Below are positions 48,672-58,859 of a DNA stretch of 64,000 bases, piece by piece. The notes under the pieces were generated by a model. The model was not told the DNA's origin and did not search any database. It saw only the letters and a program-made list of their open reading frames with translations. How positions within the stretch are numbered: position 1 is the stretch's first letter; every line of letters begins with the position of its first letter. Made by a program: the position numbers and the translations under genes. The stretch comes from Promethearchaeota archaeon (GTDB lineage: Archaea; Asgardarchaeota; Hermodarchaeia; Hermodarchaeales; Hermodarchaeaceae): assembly GCA_048939625.1 (NCBI GenBank), contig JBHLPH010000005.1, positions 46,972 through 110,971 on the forward strand. Reading direction: 5' to 3'.

Positions 48672-49025
48672 TTATGCTTTCTCTGATGGAGCAATGGCTC
48701 CACCAATCAGGACTAAGAGTCCTGGAACTCCATATGCGAGGAACAATCCAAAGATACCTGTGACAATGAGCCCCGTCTTGTGAGCGCTGGGGTCGTGTCG
48801 CCATCGGAACCAAAGGATGAAAAATATAATCGTGAAGATTGAAAAGACCACGAAGATGATTATCAAGGCTCCGAAACTTATAAGCCAAAGCAAGAAGTCA
48901 CCCATGAAGAAGGGAAGAAATAGGACCGCTAAGGCTGCAATTGCTATAATCCCAATAAGCCAGAGGATTAATGCTAGCCAGGCACCTATGGATACGAGGG
49001 TTCTTGCTGTTCCTTCATCTGACAT
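48672..49025 (-). CDS. Small 3-TM membrane protein (paralog pair)
   Basis: MSDEGTA...IGAWL...WR.D...HK.GLIVTGI.GLFLA..PGLLVLIG. Confidence 0.85.
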   Translation of the reverse strand: MSDEGTARTLVSIGAWLALILWLIGIIAIAALAVLFLPFFMGDFLLWLISFGALIIIFVVFSIFTIIFFILWFRWRHDPSAHKTGLIVTGIFGLFLAYGVPGLLVLIGGAIAPSEKA

Positions 49026-49250
49026 ACTCATATACCTCCGATAACTTCTAAGAAACTCCATAGGATAGAGTTATGTCGGTTTTGATAAACCAGCCTTAAA
49101 GGCTTTTGCATTATAAGAAGAGAATAAATGACTTGAGACAGAAATTCACCCTAATGTGCAGAATTGTCTTAATTGATTCAATAGCTCTTATCAGAGTTTA
49201 GTTATAAAAAAATGAGAAAGCGACCTTAAGCCGTAGCGAAAGGTCGTTTC

Positions 49251-49589
49251 CTATGATGGATAGATTACGGCACCAATTAGGACGAGTAAGCCAGGTAGAC
49301 CACCTGCGAGGAATAGGCCCAGGATACCGGTAACGATTAGGCCCATCTTGTGACCAGGGATGTCCTTGCGCCAAAGCCACCAAAGGATTGTCCAGATAAG
49401 TCCAAAGATACCAAAGACTAGATAGATTCCAGCACTCATAAGGATGAGGATCCCAAACAGGGGATCCGCCATGAATGGAAGGAGTGAGTATACATACCAG
49501 ATACCAAGAGCTAAGAAGATGATGAAGAAGATTAGCTGGAGATAGGCGCCAATGTTGACTAACATTTGTGCTGTTCCTTCGTCTGCCAT
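49251..49589 (-). CDS. Small 3-TM membrane protein (paralog pair)
   Basis: MADEGTA...; aligns end to end with 48672-49025. Confidence 0.85.
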   Translation of the reverse strand: MADEGTAQMLVNIGAYLQLIFFIIFLALGIWYVYSLLPFMADPLFGILILMSAGIYLVFGIFGLIWTILWWLWRKDIPGHKMGLIVTGILGLFLAGGLPGLLVLIGAVIYPS

Positions 49590-49806
49590 AACTCATATGC
49601 CTCCTAAAGTTTCTAATAAGATGGCTCCCATTAGGAGCTAACCGCAACTCTCTAAGCCGACTTAAAGGCTTTTGGCAAGAAAGAAAAAAGTAAATCGACA
49701 ATTAGTTGAGTTTTTGCATTAATTTCACATTTGCCTTATTTCAGTAGAAAAGATAGGGAATAAATTCTGAAAATCAAAGAAACTCATCATATTCCAACTT
49801 GCGAGA

Positions 49807-50559
49807 CTAAAACGAAAAATCTCCTTCTTCGAAGTGGCGAATATAGCTTTCAAGTTCTCGGGAGTTTCTCCGTCTTATTGCAGTTTCTTTTAGAACTTGA
49901 ATCATTTGGGTTTTAAGAGCAGTCTTAAGCACAGAAATTTCTTGAATCCGCCGATTTGCCGCATAGCGATTCATGGTCACAGCACAAAGGTCTAATTTCT
50001 CGTTCGTAAAAAGGGGCGTGGTGTCGAGTATGGATGCACAGGCTGTAGCGATGTCTTCAATATAGGGAGAAACATGGCTCTCTTCGAAATCCACACCAAC
50101 GAGTGAGTGTGGGGTAACTAGAAAATTGCGGATTCGAGCATCGCCTTTCCCTACTACTTGATCATTTCCACGGATAAAGGCGTCATGGTATTGAGCAAGC
50201 CAGGAACCTAAAAGGTGCCCATAAATTGGATCTGGAAAAAGGGTTATCAAATCACAGAGATTAGGAGCGTTAATATATTCCAACAAGAGGACGTCTGCTG
50301 TTGACCCAATGATTTTGGGAACTGGGACATGGTGTTTAGCAGCTTCATTGAGCATCGAAGTTTCGAGGGCAATTCCGGGGAGACGGTAGTATTTAGCAAT
50401 GAGTTTTTCAGATATGTTTTGTGTGGTGGGTGAACCACTAACGAGGTACACTTCGTTCCGTCGACTTGGGAGTTTTTCGAAGCTATGTATCGTATAGTCT
50501 TCACCGAGGATGGCTTTGATCGAGTTGACGACTATTCGTGATAGCCGAGTTGAAGACAT
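49807..50559 (-). CDS. Protein-kinase-fold phosphotransferase (APH/RIO/Kdo-like)
   Basis: IAKYY, E..ML, VPVPK, LLLEYI, KGDARIRNF catalytic loop, VDFE. Confidence 0.8.
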   Translation of the reverse strand: MSSTRLSRIVVNSIKAILGEDYTIHSFEKLPSRRNEVYLVSGSPTTQNISEKLIAKYYRLPGIALETSMLNEAAKHHVPVPKIIGSTADVLLLEYINAPNLCDLITLFPDPIYGHLLGSWLAQYHDAFIRGNDQVVGKGDARIRNFLVTPHSLVGVDFEESHVSPYIEDIATACASILDTTPLFTNEKLDLCAVTMNRYAANRRIQEISVLKTALKTQMIQVLKETAIRRRNSRELESYIRHFEEGDFSF

Positions 50560-50724
50560 GATGTATTACCTCGATGAACTTTGCTTTGTTGCTGAAAGGA
50601 AATTCGGTGTTTAATTCATTATGGTTTTAGGAGATAGTAGTTATTTGAACTATCGGTTACAATAATAGACATAGTCTAATTTGTCTCTGTAATATCTTGG
50701 AGACAATTCGAGTAATGAGTGTGA

Positions 50725-51105
50725 GTGCGTTCCATGTCTAGTAAAGAAGAAAGGCTTCTTAAAGCGCTTGAACCCAAGGCCAAAGTTTGGTTTGAGTTGA
50801 ACGGTGAATTGATTCTGGGTCGTGGCGGTGCTGTGCTGCTACGAGGAATACAGGAGAAGGGTTCTATAAGTCAAGCGTTGAAAATGGTGCCTGAGGATGC
50901 TTTGGGAGAAATAAAATCGCCATCATATCGTTTTGCGTGGGGGTATCTTCAAAAGGTTGAGGAACGGCTTGGCGCACCGATTGTAGAGAAGCGGCGTGGA
51001 CATCGCGAGGGTAAGGGAGGAACTGCACTGACGGAACTAGGAGTGCGTCTTTTAGAATTGTTCGAGGAATATGAACAAAAGCTGAAGCAAATATTGACTT
51101 CTTAG
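50725..51105 (+). CDS. ModE-type winged-helix regulator (DNA-binding domain only)
   Basis: GRGGAVLLRGIQEKGSISQA...SYRFAW...GGTALT. Confidence 0.88.
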   Translation: MRSMSSKEERLLKALEPKAKVWFELNGELILGRGGAVLLRGIQEKGSISQALKMVPEDALGEIKSPSYRFAWGYLQKVEERLGAPIVEKRRGHREGKGGTALTELGVRLLELFEEYEQKLKQILTS

Positions 51106-51207
51106 GGTATGTCGGAAGTTTTTTGTGGTGGCAATTCGAGAACAATACCAAGGAAACCTTCCTTTAGATGAGCGGGATTTCCTTTCCAGTGATATGGAGG
51201 TTGAGAA

Positions 51208-51771
51208 GTGAGCCCTGTTCCAGATGAAGAAAAACGCTTTGATGCAGTATATAAGCTCGTTACGCTTGGAGAAGCCGCAGTTGGAAAAACAAGTTTGGTT
51301 AATAAATACGTGACTGGAAAGTTTGAACGCGATTATCATCGAACCCTTGGCATTGATATCAGCACCTATGATGCGAAGATCGATCCGCATTTGTTCAAAC
51401 TCCTGATTTGGGACTTAGCAGGACAGGATATCTTTCGAGATCTCCGAACCCGGTATTGCCAGGGAGCATCTGGTGGCATTTTGGTTTTTGATTTAACCCG
51501 TCCGCAGACCTTAGAATCGATTCCTCGATGGGTTGAAGCCTTTCGTGAAGCTGTGGGTCCAGAGCCGTTGCTAATTTTACTTGGAAATAAAGCAGACTTA
51601 GATACGGAGCGGAAAATTACACGTGGTCAAGGAGAGAGCATTGCCAAGAAGCTAGGATTATTTCAATATCATGAGACATCTGCGAAAACAGGGCACCTGG
51701 TGAGCACCTCCTTCAATACCTTAGCAACAATGATTTACCAGTCACATACTCAGAAAAGAGGTGCCCCTTAA
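51208..51771 (+). CDS. Rab-like small GTPase
   Basis: G1 GEAAVGKT, G2 TLGID, G3 WDLAGQ, G4 GNKAD, G5 ETSAK; no C-terminal Cys. Confidence 0.93.
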   Translation: MSPVPDEEKRFDAVYKLVTLGEAAVGKTSLVNKYVTGKFERDYHRTLGIDISTYDAKIDPHLFKLLIWDLAGQDIFRDLRTRYCQGASGGILVFDLTRPQTLESIPRWVEAFREAVGPEPLLILLGNKADLDTERKITRGQGESIAKKLGLFQYHETSAKTGHLVSTSFNTLATMIYQSHTQKRGAP

Positions 51772-51979
51772 CTTCCATATTCACGAATCATGCTAAATCC
51801 AGTTTCACTGAGTTTTTCTTTGCGGGGTAACCAGAAATCCATATTCGGGGATAGACAGAACCGAAAGTTTATGACTGGGCTTTCAAGAGGGTTCATAGAC
51901 TAAATGTGAATTAATCACATACGTATGAAGCTATTGTGTTCACTGAACCTGGATTAGATGCTTTGAGAGGTAAATCTAA

Positions 51980-54079
51980 ATGAAGTATTTCAGAAGCCAA
52001 CAGCTGAAACTGATTTCAGCCTTCTTCTTGTTTCTCGTTCTTGGATTATCCCTAATGGGGCCTCTTACTTGGGGCATCACCTCGAGTAAAGGGAAACCGG
52101 CCTCAACATCAGTGTCATCTCAACCTATGGCTTCACGTCTTGGTCTTGATGGTCCGGCTCCACCCGAGGCATCCTATTCTTCGAAACAAGTGACCGGTAC
52201 TCGGAGCTTAATAGTGATATTAGTGGAATTTACTGATAAGTCGCACACATTTTCTTCAACACAAGTTCGATCGAATGCGATTTCAGGTTTGAACGACTAT
52301 ATCGATGAAGTGTCATACGGAAATCTTCAAGTTTCAGGTGACGCGACTGCGTGGCTACTTTTGCCAAATAATCGAGAATATTATGTAGATGGTACATCTT
52401 TTCCAAGTGATCCGAGACATGAGTTAGTATCTGATTCGATTGCCTTGGCTGACCCAGTTGTTGATTTTAGCAATTATGATGGTGTAACAATCATTCATGC
52501 TGGGCAAGGCCAAGAACTGAGTCATGACTGGAAAGACTATTGGTCCAGTGAATGGTGGAACCTTAACATACTCACCGATGATGGTGTCTATATTCGCCGT
52601 GCTTCAGTCAGCCCTGAGGAAAGCACTATCGGGGATCCGTCCTTTGTGGGAGTACTTGCCCATGAATTTGGTCATGACTTAGGCCTACCTGATCTCTATG
52701 ATACATCATATTCAGGTAATATTTACGTTGGTCATTGGGGATTGATGGCGAGCGGCTCATGGAATGGACCTATGAACTTAGGTGACCAACCATCACATAT
52801 GATGGGATGGTGTAAATCCCAGCTCGGTTGGGTCAATGCAAGTACAACCGTTGAAGTACTCACTGATTATACAGGAGTCATAGATCCACTTGAATTTAGT
52901 ACCTCTGGGACGCATCTGGTTCGAATCAATGTCACGTCAGAGCAATACTATCTCATCGAGGTTCGCCGAAAAATTGGCTATGATGCTTCGCTACCTTGGC
53001 CCGGTGCAGGCGGCGAGGGTGTAGTTGTGACCTATATCGATGAGTCTCTAGACACCGGAGAAGGAATTGTCAAAGTAATAGATTCCCACCCTGGAACGTT
53101 ACAGGTTGATGATGGCGCTTTCGATATCGGGTTAGGCGAGGTCAATACTTACGTCTCCTCGACAGGGCAGTTTTCAATGGTCGTGGAGAATACTGTAGGA
53201 CAATCATACAATATCTCAGTTCTTCGAGCCTTCATGGAATTCATAAATCCCACACCTGGTGCTGCAATTCTTTCACCGAATATGACTGTAGTGTGGACAG
53301 GCAGCGCAGCTGGCCCTGGGATTGACCACTACGAATTATACATTGATGGCGTGTTAGAATACTCGGGATCAGTGACGAGCCACAATATTACTGGACTTTC
53401 TTCTGGTGCTCATAACGCAACCTTAGTCATGGTATTATCTGGATCCGGTCGTAGATTATCTATCACTTCGGACTTTGTTGTCGATTTGGAAGATCCTATT
53501 ATTGGTGGAGTGAGTCATAGTCCTGACGTTCCTGGATTTGGTGACTCAGTGATTGTCCGGTGTGATATTACTGATGATACGTGGATTGTCAATGCAACGA
53601 TATTCTTTCAGCGTCAAGGTGATACTCGGTGGTACCATATTGACATGGCTTTAGTCAGTGGAACTGAATGGCAAGGTGCAATGGGAACTTTTCTTCCAGG
53701 CGTTAGCGTAGTCTATTATATTTCGGTGACTGATGCAGGAGGACGCCAAGTGATTGATGATAATGAGGGTGCTTACTATTCCTTTGCCGTGACGGGATTT
53801 GGACTTATTATTTGGGTTATCATAGCAGCAGCGGTAATTCTTGCTATTGTATTTCTTATCTGCTGGCTCATACAGCGACGAAAAGGACAAGGTCAAGAAA
53901 CCTTATGGACTCCACCTGAATCACCACAAGAAAACCAAATGAGCCCAACTTATCCTTTATCGACTAAGGACCGCAGCCCTCCAGCAGAACCTGTTCAATC
54001 AGGTTTTTGTTGGCATTGCGGAGCCCCATTACCACCAAATGCCACCTACTGTAGTCATTGTGGGCGTTCTACAACCTAG
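51980..54079 (+). CDS. M6 (immune inhibitor A-like) membrane-anchored metalloprotease with C-terminal zinc ribbon
   Basis: Signal peptide, AHEFGHDLGLPDLY, LMASGSWNG, YYLIEVR, Ig-like domains, TM, CWHC...CSHC. Confidence 0.9.
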   Translation: MKYFRSQQLKLISAFFLFLVLGLSLMGPLTWGITSSKGKPASTSVSSQPMASRLGLDGPAPPEASYSSKQVTGTRSLIVILVEFTDKSHTFSSTQVRSNAISGLNDYIDEVSYGNLQVSGDATAWLLLPNNREYYVDGTSFPSDPRHELVSDSIALADPVVDFSNYDGVTIIHAGQGQELSHDWKDYWSSEWWNLNILTDDGVYIRRASVSPEESTIGDPSFVGVLAHEFGHDLGLPDLYDTSYSGNIYVGHWGLMASGSWNGPMNLGDQPSHMMGWCKSQLGWVNASTTVEVLTDYTGVIDPLEFSTSGTHLVRINVTSEQYYLIEVRRKIGYDASLPWPGAGGEGVVVTYIDESLDTGEGIVKVIDSHPGTLQVDDGAFDIGLGEVNTYVSSTGQFSMVVENTVGQSYNISVLRAFMEFINPTPGAAILSPNMTVVWTGSAAGPGIDHYELYIDGVLEYSGSVTSHNITGLSSGAHNATLVMVLSGSGRRLSITSDFVVDLEDPIIGGVSHSPDVPGFGDSVIVRCDITDDTWIVNATIFFQRQGDTRWYHIDMALVSGTEWQGAMGTFLPGVSVVYYISVTDAGGRQVIDDNEGAYYSFAVTGFGLIIWVIIAAAVILAIVFLICWLIQRRKGQGQETLWTPPESPQENQMSPTYPLSTKDRSPPAEPVQSGFCWHCGAPLPPNATYCSHCGRSTT

Positions 54080-54120
54080 TAGAAAATGGAGTAGACTTGA
54101 GCATTATTTTTCAACGAATA

Positions 54121-55440
54121 TCATTCAGTCGAAATCAATGGGATTATTGATGGCGCAAACAGTTCCAAGTCTTCTCTAGTTTCGATCATAGGAGCCAGAA
54201 GACCGAGTTTTCCTGCGGTGGAACTAACATCTGTTTGAACTTGAGTGAGCTTAATGGCAGTAATCGCGTCCCCACCACATTCATAGATGGTTAGGTTCCC
54301 ATTTTGTTTACGGACTTGCCGTAGAAAATCAGTAAAAGAGTTACCGAATTCATCAAATCGATTGATATTGCAGGGACACCCATTGACGATTAAAAGTTGT
54401 GCACCGCGAACGATGTCAGCAAAGGTTCGAGCTGTTGATGGGCCAATTCCTTGGATAACATCTTGGATATTTGTATTCAAGTCGATATTCTGACTTATGA
54501 GTTGATCATCTTTGGTGAGGAGTAGATCCTGCGCCAAATGAAGCCGTTCTGGAATGTAACGGGCTTTGAATTGGTCAAGTTCACTTTGACCGATATCTTT
54601 GAAAAATTGATCTTCGTTGGCCCCTAATGAGATACTTGGATTTTGAGCTTTTAGGAAAATAAGGCTTAGGAGCGAACCGGCAAGGAATTCAGTGTTATCC
54701 CTCCGTTGGTAGAGGGATAATACATCGATATAGTCCTTGATTTTTGCACCAAACAAAGCTATGACGACACGTTTTGCCTGGCATATTAGCTCATGAATTT
54801 TGGCGTATTTTCGCATTTCATCGACAAAATGCTTTGAGGGGAATACGGGAATTTGACGTTCCTTGAGAAAAGCGGGGAGAGCAAACATGGAGGTGTCTTT
54901 CCCTTTTCCACCCCTATGAGCAGATGCAAACGCATCTTGGACATATCCGATTTTGTGTCCTGATTTCTGTAGTTTTTCTATTAGTTGAATTGGTGGAATC
55001 TCACTGAGTTTGGAAGGAACACGAAGTTCCCATGGAGCGAACCGAAGATTGTTACTCAGGACATTTCGTCCTTTGGTTAGAAGACTATATTGAGAAAGGC
55101 CCCAACAGGTTTCATCAAAGATATACTCCCAGTCATCATAAGCACCTGGATGATTATCTTTGAGGAGGCGATTCATCACATTGCTATGCTCCAGCGTGGG
55201 ATAGAAATCAGATTTTCCTATACGTGACTGATGAGCACCTTCTGTAATTGCAAAAGCACCAAGTTGCCGAAGCTCGATGCTTGTGTCTAATGACTCGCGG
55301 ATACGCCGATCATTCATGATTGTCCCGGCATTAGGCATGACAGAATTGATGTCGGATCGTTTGAGTAGGATAGGCCCTCTTTTCACGAATTCATAACCTG
55401 ACTTGTGGGCTTCATCTAGTTGTGAAATAAACTGGTCCAT
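54121..55440 (-). CDS. Divergent phosphoglycerate kinase-family protein
   Basis: RSDIN, DRRI, AHQSR, NLRF, DAFASAHR, GAKIKD, GGD; C-terminal motifs degenerate. Confidence 0.75.
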   Translation of the reverse strand: MDQFISQLDEAHKSGYEFVKRGPILLKRSDINSVMPNAGTIMNDRRIRESLDTSIELRQLGAFAITEGAHQSRIGKSDFYPTLEHSNVMNRLLKDNHPGAYDDWEYIFDETCWGLSQYSLLTKGRNVLSNNLRFAPWELRVPSKLSEIPPIQLIEKLQKSGHKIGYVQDAFASAHRGGKGKDTSMFALPAFLKERQIPVFPSKHFVDEMRKYAKIHELICQAKRVVIALFGAKIKDYIDVLSLYQRRDNTEFLAGSLLSLIFLKAQNPSISLGANEDQFFKDIGQSELDQFKARYIPERLHLAQDLLLTKDDQLISQNIDLNTNIQDVIQGIGPSTARTFADIVRGAQLLIVNGCPCNINRFDEFGNSFTDFLRQVRKQNGNLTIYECGGDAITAIKLTQVQTDVSSTAGKLGLLAPMIETREDLELFAPSIIPLISTE

Positions 55441-56594
55441 TATGATTTCACCAATTGTTTGATGTTGGAACCCAGCAAGTATTGAGCTCGAGATGAGAGT
55501 CCTTTAATAGTTTCCTCTGATGGTGAAACGTCAACCGAGGTTTTTTCTAGAAGCGTTGAGGATAGGCTACCTTGGAAGCGGCGAAGAAGTATAATGCCAA
55601 TAAGAATTGCAAGAATGCCAATGATGGGCAAGTAGGAAAGTGGGAAAAGGATTATTCCATTGATGAGGATAAGTAGCGAGTCACCAAATACGAGTGTGGC
55701 AATGATGAGTGGTATGACGGTGGAAAGTGAGTTATTAACAGGAAAGGCGACTGAAACCCGGCGTCGCGAATACGCACATTGGAGAAGAAAATATGCAATT
55801 ATGGAGCTGATAAGGTAAAGCCAGAACGAGGGACGACTAATTAAGACAATGAGGGAAAGGATGTCAAGAACACTAAAATAGCCCAGAACTTGGATGACCT
55901 CAATTGTCATTGCTTTCAGATAGATTGTTGCGATTCCGTAGAGGATTCCTGAACCTAAAGCAAAGAATAACTCTTTTTCACGTGGAGTACGGGTTTCCCG
56001 GGACCCAATTAGTACAAAGAAGATAACAAGAATGACGCATACTACGGTGGATAAGGAGTACCAAAACACATTGTATGTATCAATTATGCGTTCTTGGGCA
56101 AAAAGACTCAGTGTAAAGACCCCTATTAGAAGCGCTGCAATTCCTATCCATTCAACACGTCGTATTAGCTCCCCTAGAAAAAGAACCCCAACAATAATGA
56201 CGATAAGAATGTTGATGTTGGTTAAAGGTTTGAGAAAGATTACATCCCCCAGCGAGAAAGCTTGCCATCGCATGAGTGCGCCGGACACAGCAAGTATGGC
56301 CCCGAATAGCCAGATGGGAGTAGTAAAAATGGCGAAGATAAGATGGATGTGTCGTTGGTAGAATGCTCGTGGTGTCAACTCTGGGAGTCTATCAAGCCCA
56401 AACCGTTGGATTGAATGACCAATGCCTGATAAGATACCACTCACTAAGGTTAGAATCGCCGCAATTGAGATTGTTGTGAGAAACACAGCAGTTGCACCCA
56501 AATGCCTGGCTAGGTCCTCTACAAACAATCGTCTCAAAAGGTTTGCTAATATGAATGGTTTCGTGACTCCTTTTTGTCTTTGATTTTTTGACAT
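55440..56594 (-). CDS. DMT/EamA-like membrane transporter
   Basis: About 10 TM segments; LFLGE..RR.EWIG pattern; stop overlaps the start of the PGK-like gene. Confidence 0.8.
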   Translation of the reverse strand: MSKNQRQKGVTKPFILANLLRRLFVEDLARHLGATAVFLTTISIAAILTLVSGILSGIGHSIQRFGLDRLPELTPRAFYQRHIHLIFAIFTTPIWLFGAILAVSGALMRWQAFSLGDVIFLKPLTNINILIVIIVGVLFLGELIRRVEWIGIAALLIGVFTLSLFAQERIIDTYNVFWYSLSTVVCVILVIFFVLIGSRETRTPREKELFFALGSGILYGIATIYLKAMTIEVIQVLGYFSVLDILSLIVLISRPSFWLYLISSIIAYFLLQCAYSRRRVSVAFPVNNSLSTVIPLIIATLVFGDSLLILINGIILFPLSYLPIIGILAILIGIILLRRFQGSLSSTLLEKTSVDVSPSEETIKGLSSRAQYLLGSNIKQLVKS

Positions 56595-56657
56595 TGACGA
56601 AAGGCTTAAAGGAACGGGCTAAAGACTGTGACGTTGAATACTCGTTTGGTGAAGCAA

Positions 56658-56858
56658 ATCATGCTGTTCAACCGACGGCGTCGTGGACTATTAATTGGGA
56701 TTATATTTCTCATCGTACTCATTCTACTTTTCATTTATCCGCCACTCATTATCGGGACTCCATTGGGAGCCTTGTTCACGATCGAGCTTGCCGTTGTTTT
56801 AGTCTTATTTGGTGGCATGATGTTCCTGCTTTGCCTTCTCTTATACCTTGGAAATTAG
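56658..56858 (+). CDS. Small 2-TM membrane protein
   Basis: GGTGA RBS, MLFNRRRR then two hydrophobic helices. Confidence 0.65.
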   Translation: MMLFNRRRRGLLIGIIFLIVLILLFIYPPLIIGTPLGALFTIELAVVLVLFGGMMFLLCLLLYLGN

Positions 56859-56948
56859 CCTTGAAACGGTTTCAAGTGAAGTAAAGGCATATAAGGCGAT
56901 GAAACTTAGGAAGATAACACTAGCTAGGCTAGTGACTAAGTAACGTGG

Positions 56949-57383
56949 ATGAGACGCCTGATGACAAAGAAACCAACAAAAGGCGAATTCGGCGATTTAG
57001 TTGTTGTTGCAACCCTTCAAGAAATTGAACAAGGTGCTCGTCGAATCATCGGGACGAAAATGAAAATCATCGATAAGGAAAACGGCATCCGCATATTCTC
57101 CGATGATACAACCACCTGCCCCATGCAGGTCAAAGCAATTCCGCTTCAACCCGGTGTTTATCGTTTAGATGTTGGGAGTGTCTGCACAGTGAAAAATTGC
57201 GATTATTTTGGACAATGTGCTAGATTAGATGCTCGCGCTGCTAAGTCCTTAGGAGTTGCCATGGCCGAGATACTTGATGAACCTGAGCGGATCCATGAAG
57301 GTCGATTTTGGAGACCTGAACGCATAAAGGATGATGAAAAATTACAGAAGATTATAGATCGTATTATTAACGAGGGAATGTGA
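56949..57383 (+). CDS. Hypothetical protein with four Cys (possible metal binding)
   Basis: C...CTVKNCDYFGQC. Confidence 0.75.
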   Translation: MRRLMTKKPTKGEFGDLVVVATLQEIEQGARRIIGTKMKIIDKENGIRIFSDDTTTCPMQVKAIPLQPGVYRLDVGSVCTVKNCDYFGQCARLDARAAKSLGVAMAEILDEPERIHEGRFWRPERIKDDEKLQKIIDRIINEGM

Positions 57384-57413
57384 CACCTGAAACTATAGAG
57401 TATTTGGGAGCGA

Positions 57414-57785
57414 ATGCATGATATGGGGAATCAAGGTGGGGTTCCCTTCGGTGATAGAAAAGAGAAACCGTGGGGATATGAACGCCCAGTCGGGGCATTC
57501 CGTGGTTTAAATCTTAAGGAACTCTTTTTCTTCAAGGGCAAATCTAGCTCATTGCATTATCACACCAAAAAGGATGAAATCTTCTATATCATTTCGGGGC
57601 GAATCCGCCTTGTTTACGGTGACAAGAATGAAGTATTGGAAGCAGGCCAAACAGTGCATATTCCTCCGGGAATCCATCATCAATTCCATCCCCTTGAAGA
57701 CACACTCATCCTTGAAGTGAGTACTCAAATGTGGGGCGATATCATCAGAATAGAAGATGCCTATAACCGATCAAGCGAGATATAA
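57414..57785 (+). CDS. Cupin-domain protein (mannose-6-phosphate isomerase type II C-terminal-like)
   Basis: KPWG, SLHYH..KDE, IPPGIHH, LEVST, D..R.ED.Y.R. Confidence 0.88.
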   Translation: MHDMGNQGGVPFGDRKEKPWGYERPVGAFRGLNLKELFFFKGKSSSLHYHTKKDEIFYIISGRIRLVYGDKNEVLEAGQTVHIPPGIHHQFHPLEDTLILEVSTQMWGDIIRIEDAYNRSSEI

Positions 57786-57800
57786 CTGGTCTTGGGCGGA

Positions 57801-58718
57801 TTATTCGGTCTCTAACAAACCAAATAAGCGTTCTTTCCTCTCCACGGGCTTGTAGAATTCGAAGATCCCCTTCTCCCAATCCGATCCTTCGCCTAAAGAT
57901 GCAACCAACAAACCATTATTCAAAGCCACATACCGGACGGGAAATCGTTGGCTGATATCACTAAAGAATGGATTATGAATTATGGAAGTGTACGTCCCTA
58001 GGTTTGAAAAGACACGGCGAATGGTTTGGGCGGACAAGCGTTGCAGGGCGGTTTCGTATTTCTGATAATTTTCAACTACCGGACCTTCTTTCGCATCAAA
58101 TCGATAGGAAAGACGAAACACATGCTCATATTCGACTCCAAGGTTCAATTTGATTGTAGTGGACTCGTTGGGAACCACAATCCAACCATTTTGGAGATTG
58201 AGAAATGACACGGGATTATTGAGATATCGATACTTTGAGGGATCAGGGTTTCCAAAGAGGGTTTCGCATGTAATATCAATGACTTCTTTGGAGAAATCCA
58301 AGAGTTGCATGACCTCTTCTAGAGTACGAATTTGCTTGCCCTTCTGTTCGGCTTGCATACGCATTAGCTCATTCTGGGCAAATCGATCAAATTCCTTTGC
58401 TCGACTCATGAAGGTGCGTTTCTTTAACACCCCATAATCGGGTTTGTAAGGTACGATTTCAATTGAAGCCTCTAGGTCCGGAAGTTGCATCGAATACTGA
58501 AATCCTTCCGGATCATAAGCATGATCAAACCGCAGAAGTAATCGATGATTCCCAGTAAGTATCGTTACGTCAAGATCATCAGTTCGATTCACGAAGTCAA
58601 AGAGATTCACCAGAAAAGGGTTTTGAGGAAAAGTAATGCGGGTCTGCCACTTAGGTTGCCATCGCTTCGCCCAGGCAACAACGTCTGCTTGTTTGCTTGG
58701 CGGTTGTTTGTCCCGCAT
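57801..58718 (-). CDS. Hypothetical protein
   Basis: 305-aa ORF with AGGT RBS; no recognised motif. Confidence 0.75.
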   Translation of the reverse strand: MRDKQPPSKQADVVAWAKRWQPKWQTRITFPQNPFLVNLFDFVNRTDDLDVTILTGNHRLLLRFDHAYDPEGFQYSMQLPDLEASIEIVPYKPDYGVLKKRTFMSRAKEFDRFAQNELMRMQAEQKGKQIRTLEEVMQLLDFSKEVIDITCETLFGNPDPSKYRYLNNPVSFLNLQNGWIVVPNESTTIKLNLGVEYEHVFRLSYRFDAKEGPVVENYQKYETALQRLSAQTIRRVFSNLGTYTSIIHNPFFSDISQRFPVRYVALNNGLLVASLGEGSDWEKGIFEFYKPVERKERLFGLLETE

Positions 58719-58859
58719 AATTACTACCTGCCATGCTAGTCTATTACTAGAGGAAAGGTGCCGCTATACTGACCCTTTGAAAGATAGCAAAAAAACCTTT
58801 GGGCGAAACCCTGTCTTAACCAAAAATCTTTATGGAGTATTCGGTTAATCAAGCCGGGA

